A stretch of DNA of 64,000 nt from Octopus sinensis (lineage: Eukaryota). A model generated the notes under the pieces. That model made no database searches and was not told the origin of the DNA. It worked only from the letters and a program-made list of their open reading frames with translations. Below, in pieces: positions 11,048 through 24,329 of this stretch; the stretch's first letter is position 1; each line of letters starts with the position of its first letter. Made by a program: the position numbers and the translations under genes. The stretch is taken from assembly GCF_006345805.1 (NCBI RefSeq), contig NC_043019.1, positions 18,475,360 to 18,539,359 on the forward strand. Reading direction: 5' to 3'.

Positions 11048-11702
11048 AGTAATTTTTATTAACTTTTATAGCTTTAGAATCTTATGAACTGTACCACGGA
11101 TTTAATTATTATTTTTCATCTCCATATATGTTAGCCTTTTTTTTATATATATAAAAAAAACTATTAGCCAAATATGTATAATATCGGTACTTATTGATAT
11201 TAATATATACACTATTATATATTTTGTTTTATTTTGTTCTGTTTACCTTCCTTCTTTGTACAAATGTGTATTATATTATATAAGTGTAGCTTTATGATGT
11301 ATAAGTTTTTATATTTTACATTTTTATATTTTTATATTTATATGTATATGATTGTATAATATTTTTCACTATTATAACAAATTTAATTTAATTCTCTGAA
11401 GAGGCCGTGGGACATCCTTGTTAATGCCTCATTTATACCTGCCTTTATGGCTTATAGGTTAAATGAGGTATGACTGTCCTCACTGCCGAAACAGCTGTCA
11501 GTTTTGATTTATTTGCATATTATATTTGAAAATTTTTTACTTATATCTCTTTATCTTTTTACTATTACTGTATATCTCATTTCATTTTATGTATTGCCTT
11601 TACTCATATGTAATGGTGTATTAAAGTATGGATTGAGTATCATCGGATAGTTGATGTTTTACTGATTTAAGTATATTTCTCCATTCTCTAATTTTGTAGT
11701 AT
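10861..11702 (+). repeat. Right arm of the inverted repeat (Penelope 3' pLTR region)
   Basis: Starts cgaattaatctatattttc and ends ctaattttgtagtat. Confidence 0.93.
11391..11505 (+). ncRNA. Type I hammerhead ribozyme (predicted), long stem II, palindromic stem III
   Basis: CTGAAGA 11396-11402; stem II GGCCGTGGGACA/TGTCCTCACTGCC with an inner hairpin (CCTCATTTA/TAAATGAGG); GAAA 11488-11491; ACAGCTGT palindrome; GUC triplet 11497-11499. Stem I is weak. Confidence 0.75.
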
Positions 11703-11874
11703 TAATTTACGGTAATATTATTACCTTTACCCATATAATGCAATGGATGAACTGATTGTTTGACAATTTTTAACATCTATGTATTAATTTTGTTGGGTAC
11801 CTATCTAGCAGTATATTGGATATATATTATCCCATGGTGGGTTGAATTTTCAACCCCTATCTCATTTTATAACC

Positions 11875-11942
<68 letters not shown>

Positions 11943-11983
11943 TGTATATGTATATATATATATATATATATATGCATGTATGA

Positions 11984-13928
11984 AACAACAACAATAATAA
12001 TAATAACAATAATGATAATAATAATCATCATCATCATCATCATCATTTAGCGTCCGTTCTCCATGCTAGCATGGGTTGGACGGTTCAACTGGGGTCTGTG
12101 AAGCTGGAAGGCTTCATCAGGCCCAGTCAGATCTGGCAGTGTTTCTACGGCTGGATGCCCTTCCTAACGCCAACCACTCCGTGAGTGTAGTGGGTGCTTT
12201 TTACGTGCCACCTGCACAGGTGCCAGACAGAGCTGGCAAACGGCCACGAATGGATGGTGCTTTTACGTATCACCGGCACGGGGCCAGGCGAGGCTGGCAA
12301 CGGACACGAACGGATGGTGCTTTTACGTGCCACCAACACGGGGGCCAGACAGAGCTGGCAAACGGCCACGAAACGGATGGTGCTTTTACGTGTCACCAGT
12401 ACGAGGGCCAGGCGAGGCTGGCAACGGGCACAAACGGATGGTGCTTTTACATGCCACCGACACGGGGGCCCTGATGTTGATCGACCTCAATTTGGTTTGA
12501 TCTTGATTTTGACTGTTCTCACTGGTCTTGCCGGGTTTTCTCACGCACAGCATACCTCCAAAGGTCTCGGTCACTGGTCATTTCCTTGGTGAGACCTAAA
12601 GTTCGAAGGTCGTGCTTCACCGCCTCAACCCAGGTTTTCCTGGGTCTACCTCTTCCACAGGTCCCCTCAACTGCCAGGGTGTGGCACTTTCGCACACAAC
12701 TATCTTCAGCCATTCTCATCACATGACCATACCAGCGCATACGTCTCTCTTGCACACAACAACTGATACTTCTTAGGTTCAACTTTTCTCTCAAGGTACT
12801 TACACTCTGTCGATTATGAACACTGACGTTACACATCCATTGGAGCATACTAGCTTCATTTCTTGCGAGCTTACGCAAATCCTCAGCAGTCACAGCCCAA
12901 GTTTCACTACCATGTAGCATGGCTGTACGTACACATGCATCATACAGTCTGCCTTTTACTTTGAGCGAGAGGCCTTTTGTCACCAGCAGATGTAAGAGCT
13001 CTCTAAACTTTGCCCAGGCTATTCTTACTCTAGCAGTTATACTCTCAGTGCACCCGCCCCCGCTACTGACTTGGTCACCTAGGTAACGGAAACTATCAAC
13101 TACTTCTAGCTTTTCTCCCTGGAAAGTGACGGAAGTTGGTCTCAGAGCATCTTCAGTGTTAATTGTTCCTGAGCATCTGCCACATACAAAAACCATCTTC
13201 CTAGTTAGCCTTTCTTTGACATTGCTGCACCTCTTATGTGTCCATAGCTTACACTTGGTGCATCTTATAGAGTTTCTACCTACACCTTTTCTACAGATCG
13301 AGCAGGGCCATCTACCTGAAGGCGTTTGTGATTGGTCTACCTTCCTACTTATTAGGACTTTGGTTTTGGCTAGGTTGATTCTAAGGCCCTTCGATTCTAA
13401 ACCTTGTTTCCATACCTGAAACTTCTCCTCTAGTTCTGATAGAGACTCAGCAATTAGAGCAAGGTCATCAGCATAGAGGAGCTCCCAGGGGCATCCTGTC
13501 TTGAATTCCTCCATTATTGCCTGGAGGACTATGATAAATAGGAGGGGACTGAGGACTGAACCTTGGTGGACCCCAACCTCTACCCTGAATTCTTCACTGT
13601 ACTCGGTGCCAACCCTCACCTTACTAGCAGCGTCTCTGTACATGGCTTGTACAGCTTTCACTAACCATTCATCTATCCCTAGTTTCCTCATTGACCACCA
13701 GATGAGGGATCGGGGGACCCTGTCGAAGGCTTTCTCCATATCAACAAAAGCCAGGTATAGGGGCTTGTCTTTGGCTAGGTATTTCTCTTGCAGCTGTCTT
13801 ACCATGAAAATAGCATCAGTAGTACTTTTCCCTGGCACGAACCCAAACTGCATCTGATCTAGGCTAACTCTCTCTCTAATTAGTTGGGCTATAACCCTCT
13901 CCGTAACCTTCATTACCTGATCCAGCAT
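11984..13928 (-). mobile_element. RTE-clade LINE, 5'-truncated, with 3'UTR and (ATG/ATT)n tail
   Basis: RT ORF followed by ~55-60-bp tandem subrepeats (ggatggtgcttttacgtgccacc) and a trinucleotide tail; the 5' end abuts (TA)n. Confidence 0.9.
12519..13928 (-). CDS. RTE reverse transcriptase (truncated, uninterrupted, 470 codons) with a Cys/His finger insertion
   Basis: [76 protein letters not shown]...[20 protein letters not shown]. The first ~68 aa of track ORF 12519..14132 are microsatellite. Confidence 0.9.
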   Translation of the reverse strand: MLDQVMKVTERVIAQLIRERVSLDQMQFGFVPGKSTTDAIFMVRQLQEKYLAKDKPLYLAFVDMEKAFDRVPRSLIWWSMRKLGIDEWLVKAVQAMYRDAASKVRVGTEYSEEFRVEVGVHQGSVLSPLLFIIVLQAIMEEFKTGCPWELLYADDLALIAESLSELEEKFQVWKQGLESKGLRINLAKTKVLISRKVDQSQTPSGRWPCSICRKGVGRNSIRCTKCKLWTHKRCSNVKERLTRKMVFVCGRCSGTINTEDALRPTSVTFQGEKLEVVDSFRYLGDQVSSGGGCTESITARVRIAWAKFRELLHLLVTKGLSLKVKGRLYDACVRTAMLHGSETWAVTAEDLRKLARNEASMLQWMCNVSVHNRQSVSTLREKLNLRSISCCVQERRMRWYGHVMRMAEDSCVRKCHTLAVEGTCGRGRPRKTWVEAVKHDLRTLGLTKEMTSDRDLWRYAVREKTRQDQ

Positions 13929-13997
13929 GTATATGTATGTATATATATATATATATATATATGCATGTATATGTATATATATATATATATATGCATG

Positions 13998-14047
<50 letters not shown>

Positions 14048-14073
14048 TGTATATGTATATATATATATGCATG

Positions 14074-14131
<58 letters not shown>

Positions 14132-14230
14132 TGTATATGTATATATATGTATATATATATATTTAAACACAAATATATATATATGTAAACATAAATATAT
14201 ATATATAGAAACACACACACATATATATAT

Positions 14231-14540
14231 ATATGGTATGTAAAAAGCACCATCCAAATGTGGGCGATGCCAGCACCACCCTGACTGGCTTCTGTGCCGG
14301 TGGCACGTAAAAAGCACTAACCGATCGTGGCCGCTGCCAGCCTGCCTTGGCATGTAAAAAGCACCCACTACACTCACAGAGTGGTTAGCGTTAGGAAGGG
14401 CATCCTGCTGTAGAAACACTGTCAGATCAGACTGGAGTCTGTTGCAGATTCCTGGCTTCCTAGACCCTGGTCGAACTGTCCAAGCCGTGCTAGCACGGAA
14501 AACGGACGTTAAACGATGATGATGATATGTATATATATTT

Positions 14541-14572
<32 letters not shown>

Positions 14573-14679
14573 CTTTGGCAAGATATAAATATCATCATCA
14601 TTGTTTAATGTCTGCTTTCCATGCTGGCATGGGCTGGATGATTTGACTGAGGTCTGGCGAACAAGATTCCAGTCTGATC
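14231..14679. repeat. Tail-to-tail pair of RTE tails, duplicate of 5525-5977
   Basis: Same order and same unique spacer (atatctttggc(t/a)agatataaatatcatcatcattgtttaatg) as 5525-5977. Confidence 0.8.
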
Positions 14680-16699
14680 TGTTTATGCCTTTGGGTATAA
14701 TTAGAGAAAGCTGACAGGAGTTTGGATTTAGTAAGGGTAAACTTAGCTTCTAAAGCAGCGTCAGCATAGGGGGGCATGCATACTCTTTTGTTGAAGAGTA
14801 AGTTGGTAGGGCAGACCCTTTTCATGTCAAACGACATGTCACGTTTGTTATAGAAACAATGTATGGAATGGTTACTGTCAGAACACTGCTAAGCTCTATT
14901 GTCTGCCTTGGCATGGTTTCGATCATTCCTGATTCCAAACACTTTATAGTGTGTATGGGGTGTTTTGTATGTGTCACCAGCAGTGAAATTACCAGGAAAC
15001 TTGCAAGACAAGATACTTCAACTGAGTGGGGAGTAACACTGAGGGAAATGGTTTGTGCTAGGTGATGAGTAATTAAAGCAGTTCTTTTCAAATGAGGTCC
15101 ACATGACCTTTGTGGGTTGATAAAATAGGTTGTTGTGAAAAATTATGTTAATAAAATTGGTTATACTTCTGTGACATACAAAATATTTCAGTAGCTCTTT
15201 TTACAATTAATAATAAATGCAATTATAAAAATCTACTAATGATTTTTTAAAACACTGATTGTCTATGAGAGCCGTCCTGAGTAAAACAGGGATTAAGGTG
15301 GTTCATAGGTGAGAAATGGTTCAGTAGCACTGGGTTAGAATTATGAATAGAGGGATAGACATAGGTGATATAGTGGTTTCATGCAGGCATTGCGTGGATT
15401 TGATTGTTGATCGCCAAATTTCACTTAACAGTTCAACAGCACTTTTCTCACACTAAAACAATAGTTTTTCTGTGAGTGACAGCAGTTACATTTACCAGAG
15501 TGCTTATATAAGCAGAATAATGTCTTTGTCACTTGACCCTCCGGACCTCTTCCAAGCCACCAAAAGTTAGAATTGAGATAACTGGTATCACCTATGAAAT
15601 CTATTGTTCTCAAGAGAGATATACATGCGCTTGCTCAAGCGCTCACACACAAGCACACACATAATTTCTGTTTGGGATTATTGACCTTTCAATAAAGGCT
15701 TGAATGGATTGAGAAGCTTATGATAAACTGGAGAAGGAAGCATGAATTTAAACTCTGCCTTATTAGTTGCTCATTGGTGAAATAGCATAAAAAATATTGG
15801 TTATGGTTAAGATTTCTTAATTAATGAAAGTTTTCCTATGGAAAGCTGATTTGGCAATATCAGTTTCTATATTACTGTATGCATCTTTAGTGAAATGATG
15901 ATGAACTCTCTTGCAATATGACTATGTGAATTGCTGAAATTATGGTATATTGTAAATTTCACGAATATTTGAATGACAGGAAAGCTATCCTGTTTCCTAA
16001 CATGCAAATTTATTTTTCCAAAGACATTTGATTAATTGGTTATGTTTGTTTGTAAATTATTAGATAAATGCCTCTAAATTATTAGATAAATGCCTCAAAT
16101 TTTAGAGGAAGTGGTTAATTGATTAAATTGACCTTATTACTTGGCACTTTTTTTTATCAGCCATGAAAGGAAGAGAAACAAAGTTAGCCTCAACAGGAGA
16201 GGATGTAGATCAAATTAGAGAAAGTGAAAACATCACAAAGTTTTTGATGGAAAAAATTGGTTCATGTTGGAATGAGTGAATTTGAATGAATGTCAATAAA
16301 ATCTTAGTGTGCATGAAAAGCTTGAGAGAGATTTTTGAAAAGGTCTTAATATTAATTTTCCTGCGAATGTTTCCATTGTGTTTTGCTTCAAAAACTACAT
16401 AGACATGACAGAATTAAATAGACATCCTTATAATTGTTAAAATTTATCTAAATTATTTATTAATTATTATAATGTGAATATCTAATAAGGACCCTAGCAG
16501 GCATGCTACTGATCTGATGAATATTCTCTTCATGATTTTCTTGCCAAGTTTCTTGCAGTAATATCAAAAGATCTGGATTTAAGGATGCTTTCTTTTTCTT
16601 TTTAGGAAGTTTCCCATCCATCATGCCTCAGAGGTGTTCAGTAGGGTTCCTTATGCCTAACTTTTCTCTCAAAACATTTAGATTTTGTTGTACATGCAC

Positions 16700-17300
16700 A
16701 CTAACATTGCAGATCCAGTGAAGCATGCTAGCTTAATTTCCTCCAAACCTATACATGTTCTCTGCAGTCACAACCGATGTTTAACTGCCATATAGCATAG
16801 CTGTCTGCACAGGCATAATATATCTGCCTTTCACTCTGAAGGAGAGACCCTTAGTTACCAAACAGAGGAAGGAGCTCTCTGAATTTGCTCAGCTTATTTT
16901 TATTCTTGCAGCCACACTCTTGGTTCATCCACCTCTGCTACTGACTTTGTTGCTCAACAATCTTTATCGTACTCCTCTGGTATTTGATGAAGCCCATTTT
17001 CTGTACACTTTTAGTGTTTACTGTACATGTGCACCTTCCACATACAAAAAATATTTTCTCAGTTTACCTTCCTTTGATATTGCTACACCTATTATGTGTT
17101 ATACAGAGTACATCTACCTACCCGTTTCCTTCAGATTGAGCATGGCCATGTACCTGAAGGGCTTTACGATTTATCTGTTTTCCTACTTACTAAGACTTTG
17201 TGTTAGGGTTGGGTAGGTTAATTCTGTGACCTTTCAATTCTAGACCTTGCTTCTGTACGCACAATTTGTTCTCTAGTTCTGGTAGTGATTTAGCTATAAG
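16700..17300 (-). mobile_element. Degenerate RTE LINE fragment
   Basis: Alignable by eye to 12840-13440 (e.g. ggccatgtacctgaagg, gagctctctgaatttgc); many stops. Confidence 0.6.
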
Positions 17301-18361
17301 AAGAAGCTCATTAGTAAATAAGTGTGAAAACTCTTTGCTTTCACAAACACTTTATGTACACTGATTGAAGCAATGAAAAAAAAGGTCCTCGGTATACCTG
17401 AAACGTGAAGGAAAATATTTGGATAATGAAACGAATAATGTATGGGTAATTGAATGTAATGTAATAAATGATAATATATGTATGTTTAGTTGTAATCCCC
17501 TATTCCCTCCACAAGTCATTTGAGGGAAACAAAGAAGACTGATAATATGTATTAAATGATTAACGAAAATGTAATAATTAGTGTGAGAGACCCTTAATCA
17601 ATATTGATGGTGTGACGATCAAGGAGCAACGTGTCAGTTGTGCATCAGGCTTTTAGTCTTTGCGAGTCTGGCAGAGCGACTAACAGGACAATTGCTGGAT
17701 GGGGGATAAACTGCATCAGGCAGGGGTTGCTCTTGGAGGGCAGGGGTATGACCATTTGTGGTAAAAGTGGGGTAAGTTGGGGAAGTCGCACAGACACAAA
17801 CAAATAAAAATACACAGTCGTTCACACAGACAGTCACAGAAATAATAAGAGTCACACACACATACGCACAAACATTGAAATGAAAATACACACACACACA
17901 CGCTATCACACACGCACAAACATCACACACACGGAAATGAAAACCCAGTTAAACACAACCACACGCATACAAGTTCAAGCAATGAACTAGAAGCACTTTC
18001 TCATACATGAGCGGGCGCAAACAGACACAGGAATGAAAGCACACACTCATACTCACGCACACATATTGGCTGACCCACACACTCATATAATTTCTTCATA
18101 ATGTCTCGGTTCTAAGGTGAACACATTTAAAGCATAAATAGCTACCAGTGTGCGTCTTTGCATGTATGCATGAGTGTGGACGTGTCGGTGTTTGTGCTTG
18201 TGTGAACACAGTCCACCCATATCTAAGGTGGTCGCATCGTCTCATGTGACCCAGCCACGAAAGTTTCTTTCCCCCGCGACAGTTCAGGACCCCATTAATG
18301 AACTCATTTTGTATACAACCAATGAGAGCTAACCTTGAACTTGTTGTCAGGTTAACAAACA

Positions 18362-18650
18362 GGAGTGTCTGAATGGGAAGTAGCTTGCTTACCAACCACA
18401 CGGTTGCGGGTTCAGTCCCACTGGGTGCATGGCATCTTGGGCAGTGTGTACATACATACATACATACATATATATATATACCTTTGTATATCTGGTTATC
18501 CCTCTAACACCACTTAATAACCGGTGCTGGAGTGTTCATGTCCCTGTAACTTAGCTGTTTGTCAAAAGTGAAAGATAGATTAAATACTAGGCCTATAAAA
18601 AATAAGACCTGGGGTCGATTTTCTCGAATAAAGGCGCTGCTGCGGCATGG
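18362..18650 (+). mobile_element. tRNA-derived SINE with internal microsatellite
   Basis: Head gtagcttgcttaccaaccac...ggttcagtcccact, catcttgggcag core and ggggtcgatt...taaaggcg body. Related copies at 27470-27630, 28075-28445(-), 28987-29150, 30435-30600 and 49222-49625. Confidence 0.65.
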
Positions 18651-18662
18651 AATACATGTATG

Positions 18663-18733
<71 letters not shown>

Positions 18734-18776
18734 CATATATACATATATATATATACATATATACATATATATATAT

Positions 18777-18981
<205 letters not shown>

Positions 18982-19047
18982 CATATATAGCTACCCGATA
19001 ATTTCTTGTTAAGATCCCTTATTAAGAGATTATCCTTAATTGTTAAA

Positions 19048-19936
<889 letters not shown>

Positions 19937-19938
<2 letters not shown>

Positions 19939-22610
19939 GTATCAAGCTGTTGGATCAAGTAATGAAGGTTACGGAGAGGGTCATAGCCCAACTAATTAGA
20001 GAGAGAGTTAGTTTAGATGAGATGCAGTTTGGGTTCGTGCAAGGGAAAAGTACCACGGATGCTATATTCCTGGTAAGCAGCTGCAGGAGAAATACCTAGC
20101 CAAAGATAAGCCCCTGTACCTGGCTTTTGTTGACATGGAGAAAGCTTTTGATAGGGTCCCCCGATCCCTTATCTGGTGGTCAATGAGGAAACTAGGGATA
20201 GATGAATGGCTGGTGAGGACTGTGCAAGCCATGTACAGAGATGCCGTAAGTAAGGTTAGGGTTAGCAACATGTACACAGAAGAATTCAAAGTAGAGGTTG
20301 GGGTCCACCAGGGTTCAGTACTCAGCCCCCTCCTATTTATCATAGTCCTACAGGCAATTACAGAGGAATTCAAGACAGGTTGTCCCTGGGAGCTCCTCTA
20401 CGCTGACGACCTTGCTCTTATTGCTGAGTCACTATCAGAGCTGGAGGAGAAGTTCCAGGTGTGGAAGGAGGGTTTAGAATCGAGGGGCCTTAGAGTCAAA
20501 CCTAGCTAAAACCAAAGTACTAATAAGTAGGAAGGTAGACAATCCACAAATGTCTTCAGGAAGATGGCCCTGCTCGATCTGTAGAAAAGGTGTAGGTAGA
20601 AACTCTATAAGATGTACCCAGTGTAAGCTATGGACACATAAGAGGTGCAGCAATGTCAAAGGTAGGCTAACTGGGAAGATAGTTTTGTATGTGGCAGATG
20701 CTCAGGAGCATTAACCTCCGAAAATCTGCAGAAAATAACTTCAGTCACTTTCCAAGGGGAAAAACTAGAAGTAGTTGATAGCTTCCGTTATCTAGGTGAC
20801 CAAGTCAGTAGTGGGGGTGGGTGCGCTGAAAGTGTAACTGCTAGAATAAGAATAGCCTGGGCAAAGTTTAGGGAGCTCTTACCTCTGCTGGTGACTAAAG
20901 GCCTCTCGCTCAGAGTAAAAGGCAGACTGTATGATGCGTGTGTACGAACAGCCATGCTACATGGCAGTGAAACATGGGCCGTGACTGCCGAGGATATGCG
21001 TAAGCTCGTGAGGAATGAAGCTAGTATGCTCCGATGGATGTGTAATGTCAGTGTACATACTCGACAGAGCGTTAGCACCTTGAGAGAAATGTTGTACCTA
21101 AGAGGCATCAGTTGTGGTGTGCAAGAGAGACGATTGCGCTGGTATGGTCATGTGGCGAGAATGGATGAAGATAGGTGTGTGAGAAAGTGCCAATCCTTAG
21201 CAGTTGAGGAACCCGTGGAAGAGGTAGACCCAGGAAACCTGGGACGAGGTGGTGAAGCACGACCTTCGAACTTTAGGCCTCACTGAGGAAATGACCAGCG
21301 ACTGAGACCTTTGGAAATATTCTGTACGTGAGAAGACCAGGCAGGACAAGTGAGCCCAGCCCACTTATGAAAGACTTTCCTCCCTTGGACACAAAGACCT
21401 GTTGAGGCAAGCGAAGTCGATATAGAACCTCATCCGACGACAGGCACCCATGCTTGCGAAGACATGTTGGGGCAAGCGAAATCGAAATCGAAGTCAAAAT
21501 CGAATTGAACCAGCCAGGATCCCTGGTCTGGTGGTACGTAAAAAGCACTATCCGACTCGTGGCCGATGCCAGCGCCGCCTTCACTGGCTTCTGTGCCGGT
21601 GGCACGTAAAATACACCAATCTGACCGTACGACAGGCACCCATGCCAACCCCCTTGCTTGCGAAGACATGTTGGGGCAAGCGAAATCGAATCGAACCAGC
21701 CAGGTTCCCTGGTCTGGTGGTACGTAAAAAGCACTATCCGACTCGTGGCCGATGCCAGTGCCGCCTCCACTGGCTTCCGTGCTGGTGGCATGTAAAATAC
21801 ACCAATCTGACCGTACAACAGGCACCCATGCCAACCCCCTTGCTTGCGAAGACATGTTGGGGCAAGCGAAATCGAAATCGAATTGAACCAGCCAGGATCC
21901 CTGGTCTGGTGGTACGTAAAAAGCACCATCCGACTCGTGGCCGATGCCAGCACCGCCTTCACTGGCTTCTGTGCCGGTGGCACGTAAAATACACCAATCT
22001 GACCGTACGACAGGCACCCATGCCAACCCCCTTGCTTGCGAAGACATGTTGGGGCAAGCGAAATCGAATCGAACCAGCCAGGTTCCCTGGTCTGGTGGTA
22101 CGTAAAAAGCACTATCCGACTCGTGGCCGATGCCAGTGCCGCCTCCACTGGCTTCCGTGCCGGTGGCATGTAAAATACACCAATCTGACCGTACAACAGG
22201 CACCCATGCCAACCCCCTTGCTTGCGAAGACATGTTGGGGCAAGCGAAATCGAAATCGAATTGAACCAGCCAGGATCCCTGGTCTGGTGGTACGTAAAAG
22301 CACCATCCGACTCGTGGCCGATGCCAGCACCGCCTCGTCTGGCTTCCGTGCCGGTGGCACATAAAATACACTAATCGACCGTGGCCATTGCCAGCCTCGC
22401 CTGGCACCTGTGCAGGTGGCACGTAAAAGCACCCACTACACTCACGGAGTGGTTGGCGTTAGGAAGGGCATCCAGCTGTAGAAACACTGCCAGATAAGAC
22501 TGGAGCCTGGTGCAGCCTTCTGGCTTCCCAGATCCCCGGTCGAACCGTCCAACCCATGCTAGCATGGAGAACGGACGTTAAACGACGATGATGATGATGA
22601 TGATGATATA
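19937..22610 (+). mobile_element. RTE LINE copy 2, 5'-truncated and frameshifted, with expanded 3'UTR
   Basis: Homologous to 12519-13928 ([26 protein letters not shown]). Frameshifts near 20497, ~20682 and ~21212; ends in (GAT)n at ~22590-22607. Confidence 0.88.
21449..22330 (+). repeat. Tandem repeat of 186-204-bp units alternating A/B (~378-bp dimer)
   Basis: ttgcgaagacatg recurs at 21454, 21658, 21844, 22036 and 22222, with alternating variants ccaggatcc/ccaggttcc and gtacgacag/gtacaacag. Confidence 0.9.
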
Positions 22611-23685
<1,075 letters not shown>

Positions 23686-23819
23686 GGCATTATACATCCA
23701 TGCCAGATGGCATTATACATACATGCCACACGCTAAGAGGGACAATTAGTCATTTCTACCAAAAATATTACTAATCCCACCGAATGCAATTTTTCAAAGT
23801 AAGACATTTAAAAAATATA

Positions 23820-23865
23820 GACCTGTATCACAGTGATTTCATACTTACGTATTCATCAGCAGGCC
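23820..23865 (-). ncRNA. Minimal 46-nt type I hammerhead ribozyme (predicted)
   Basis: Minus strand GGCCTG CTGATGA ATAC-GTAA-GTAT GAAA TCACTGTGA TA CAGGTC: 6-bp stem I, 4-bp stem II, near-palindromic stem III, AUA cleavage triplet. Confidence 0.8.
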
Positions 23866-24057
23866 TGGATGTATCATACATAAACGACCCTGCCTCGCTT
23901 AAGCCGATCAGCTAACTGATCAACATCAACGAAGCACATGGGTGAGTTTACATATATTACATCCTGTAAATGTCAGACTTTTGCGAATTGCATTTCGGGA
24001 AAGGAAAAGTTTTTTCGGAATAAAATTGCTAAATTGCTTAATTGCTAAATTTTTATT

Positions 24058-24110
<53 letters not shown>

Positions 24111-24133
24111 TATATACATATACACATATATAT

Positions 24134-24164
<31 letters not shown>

Positions 24165-24329
24165 TTTAGTGAAATAGAAAGATGAATAATCTTGTTGCAG
24201 ATTAATCAAAAGTTTAACCGATACCTTGGTAGCAAAAATCACAGCAGAAGACAGCACGGTTGGAGGTAAACCATATGGTGTTGCAACCGTGCGTTGGTGC
24301 GGATAATTGAATTTTAATATTATTAGTGA

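Larger units (their letters stand above)
6698..11877 (+). mobile_element. Penelope-like retroelement, 5'-truncated, with an inverted copy of its 3' region (pLTR) at the 5' end
   Basis: RT C-terminus + GIY-YIG ORF, ~2.6-kb AT-rich 3' region, 6698-7520 is the reverse complement of 10861-11702, and both ends abut (TA)n. Confidence 0.9.

Noticed and set aside
14690-15620. Possible further LINE RT remnants (PYADAA motif; ORFs 14822..15091, 15425..15613) and 31120-31450
   Set aside because: Too decayed to assign family or boundaries by eye.
21273-22422. 300-aa repetitive ORFs on both strands and a CRISPR-like look of the array
   Set aside because: They arise from the 186/192-bp tandem repeat in an RTE 3'UTR; there are no unique spacers and no cas genes, and the context is eukaryotic.
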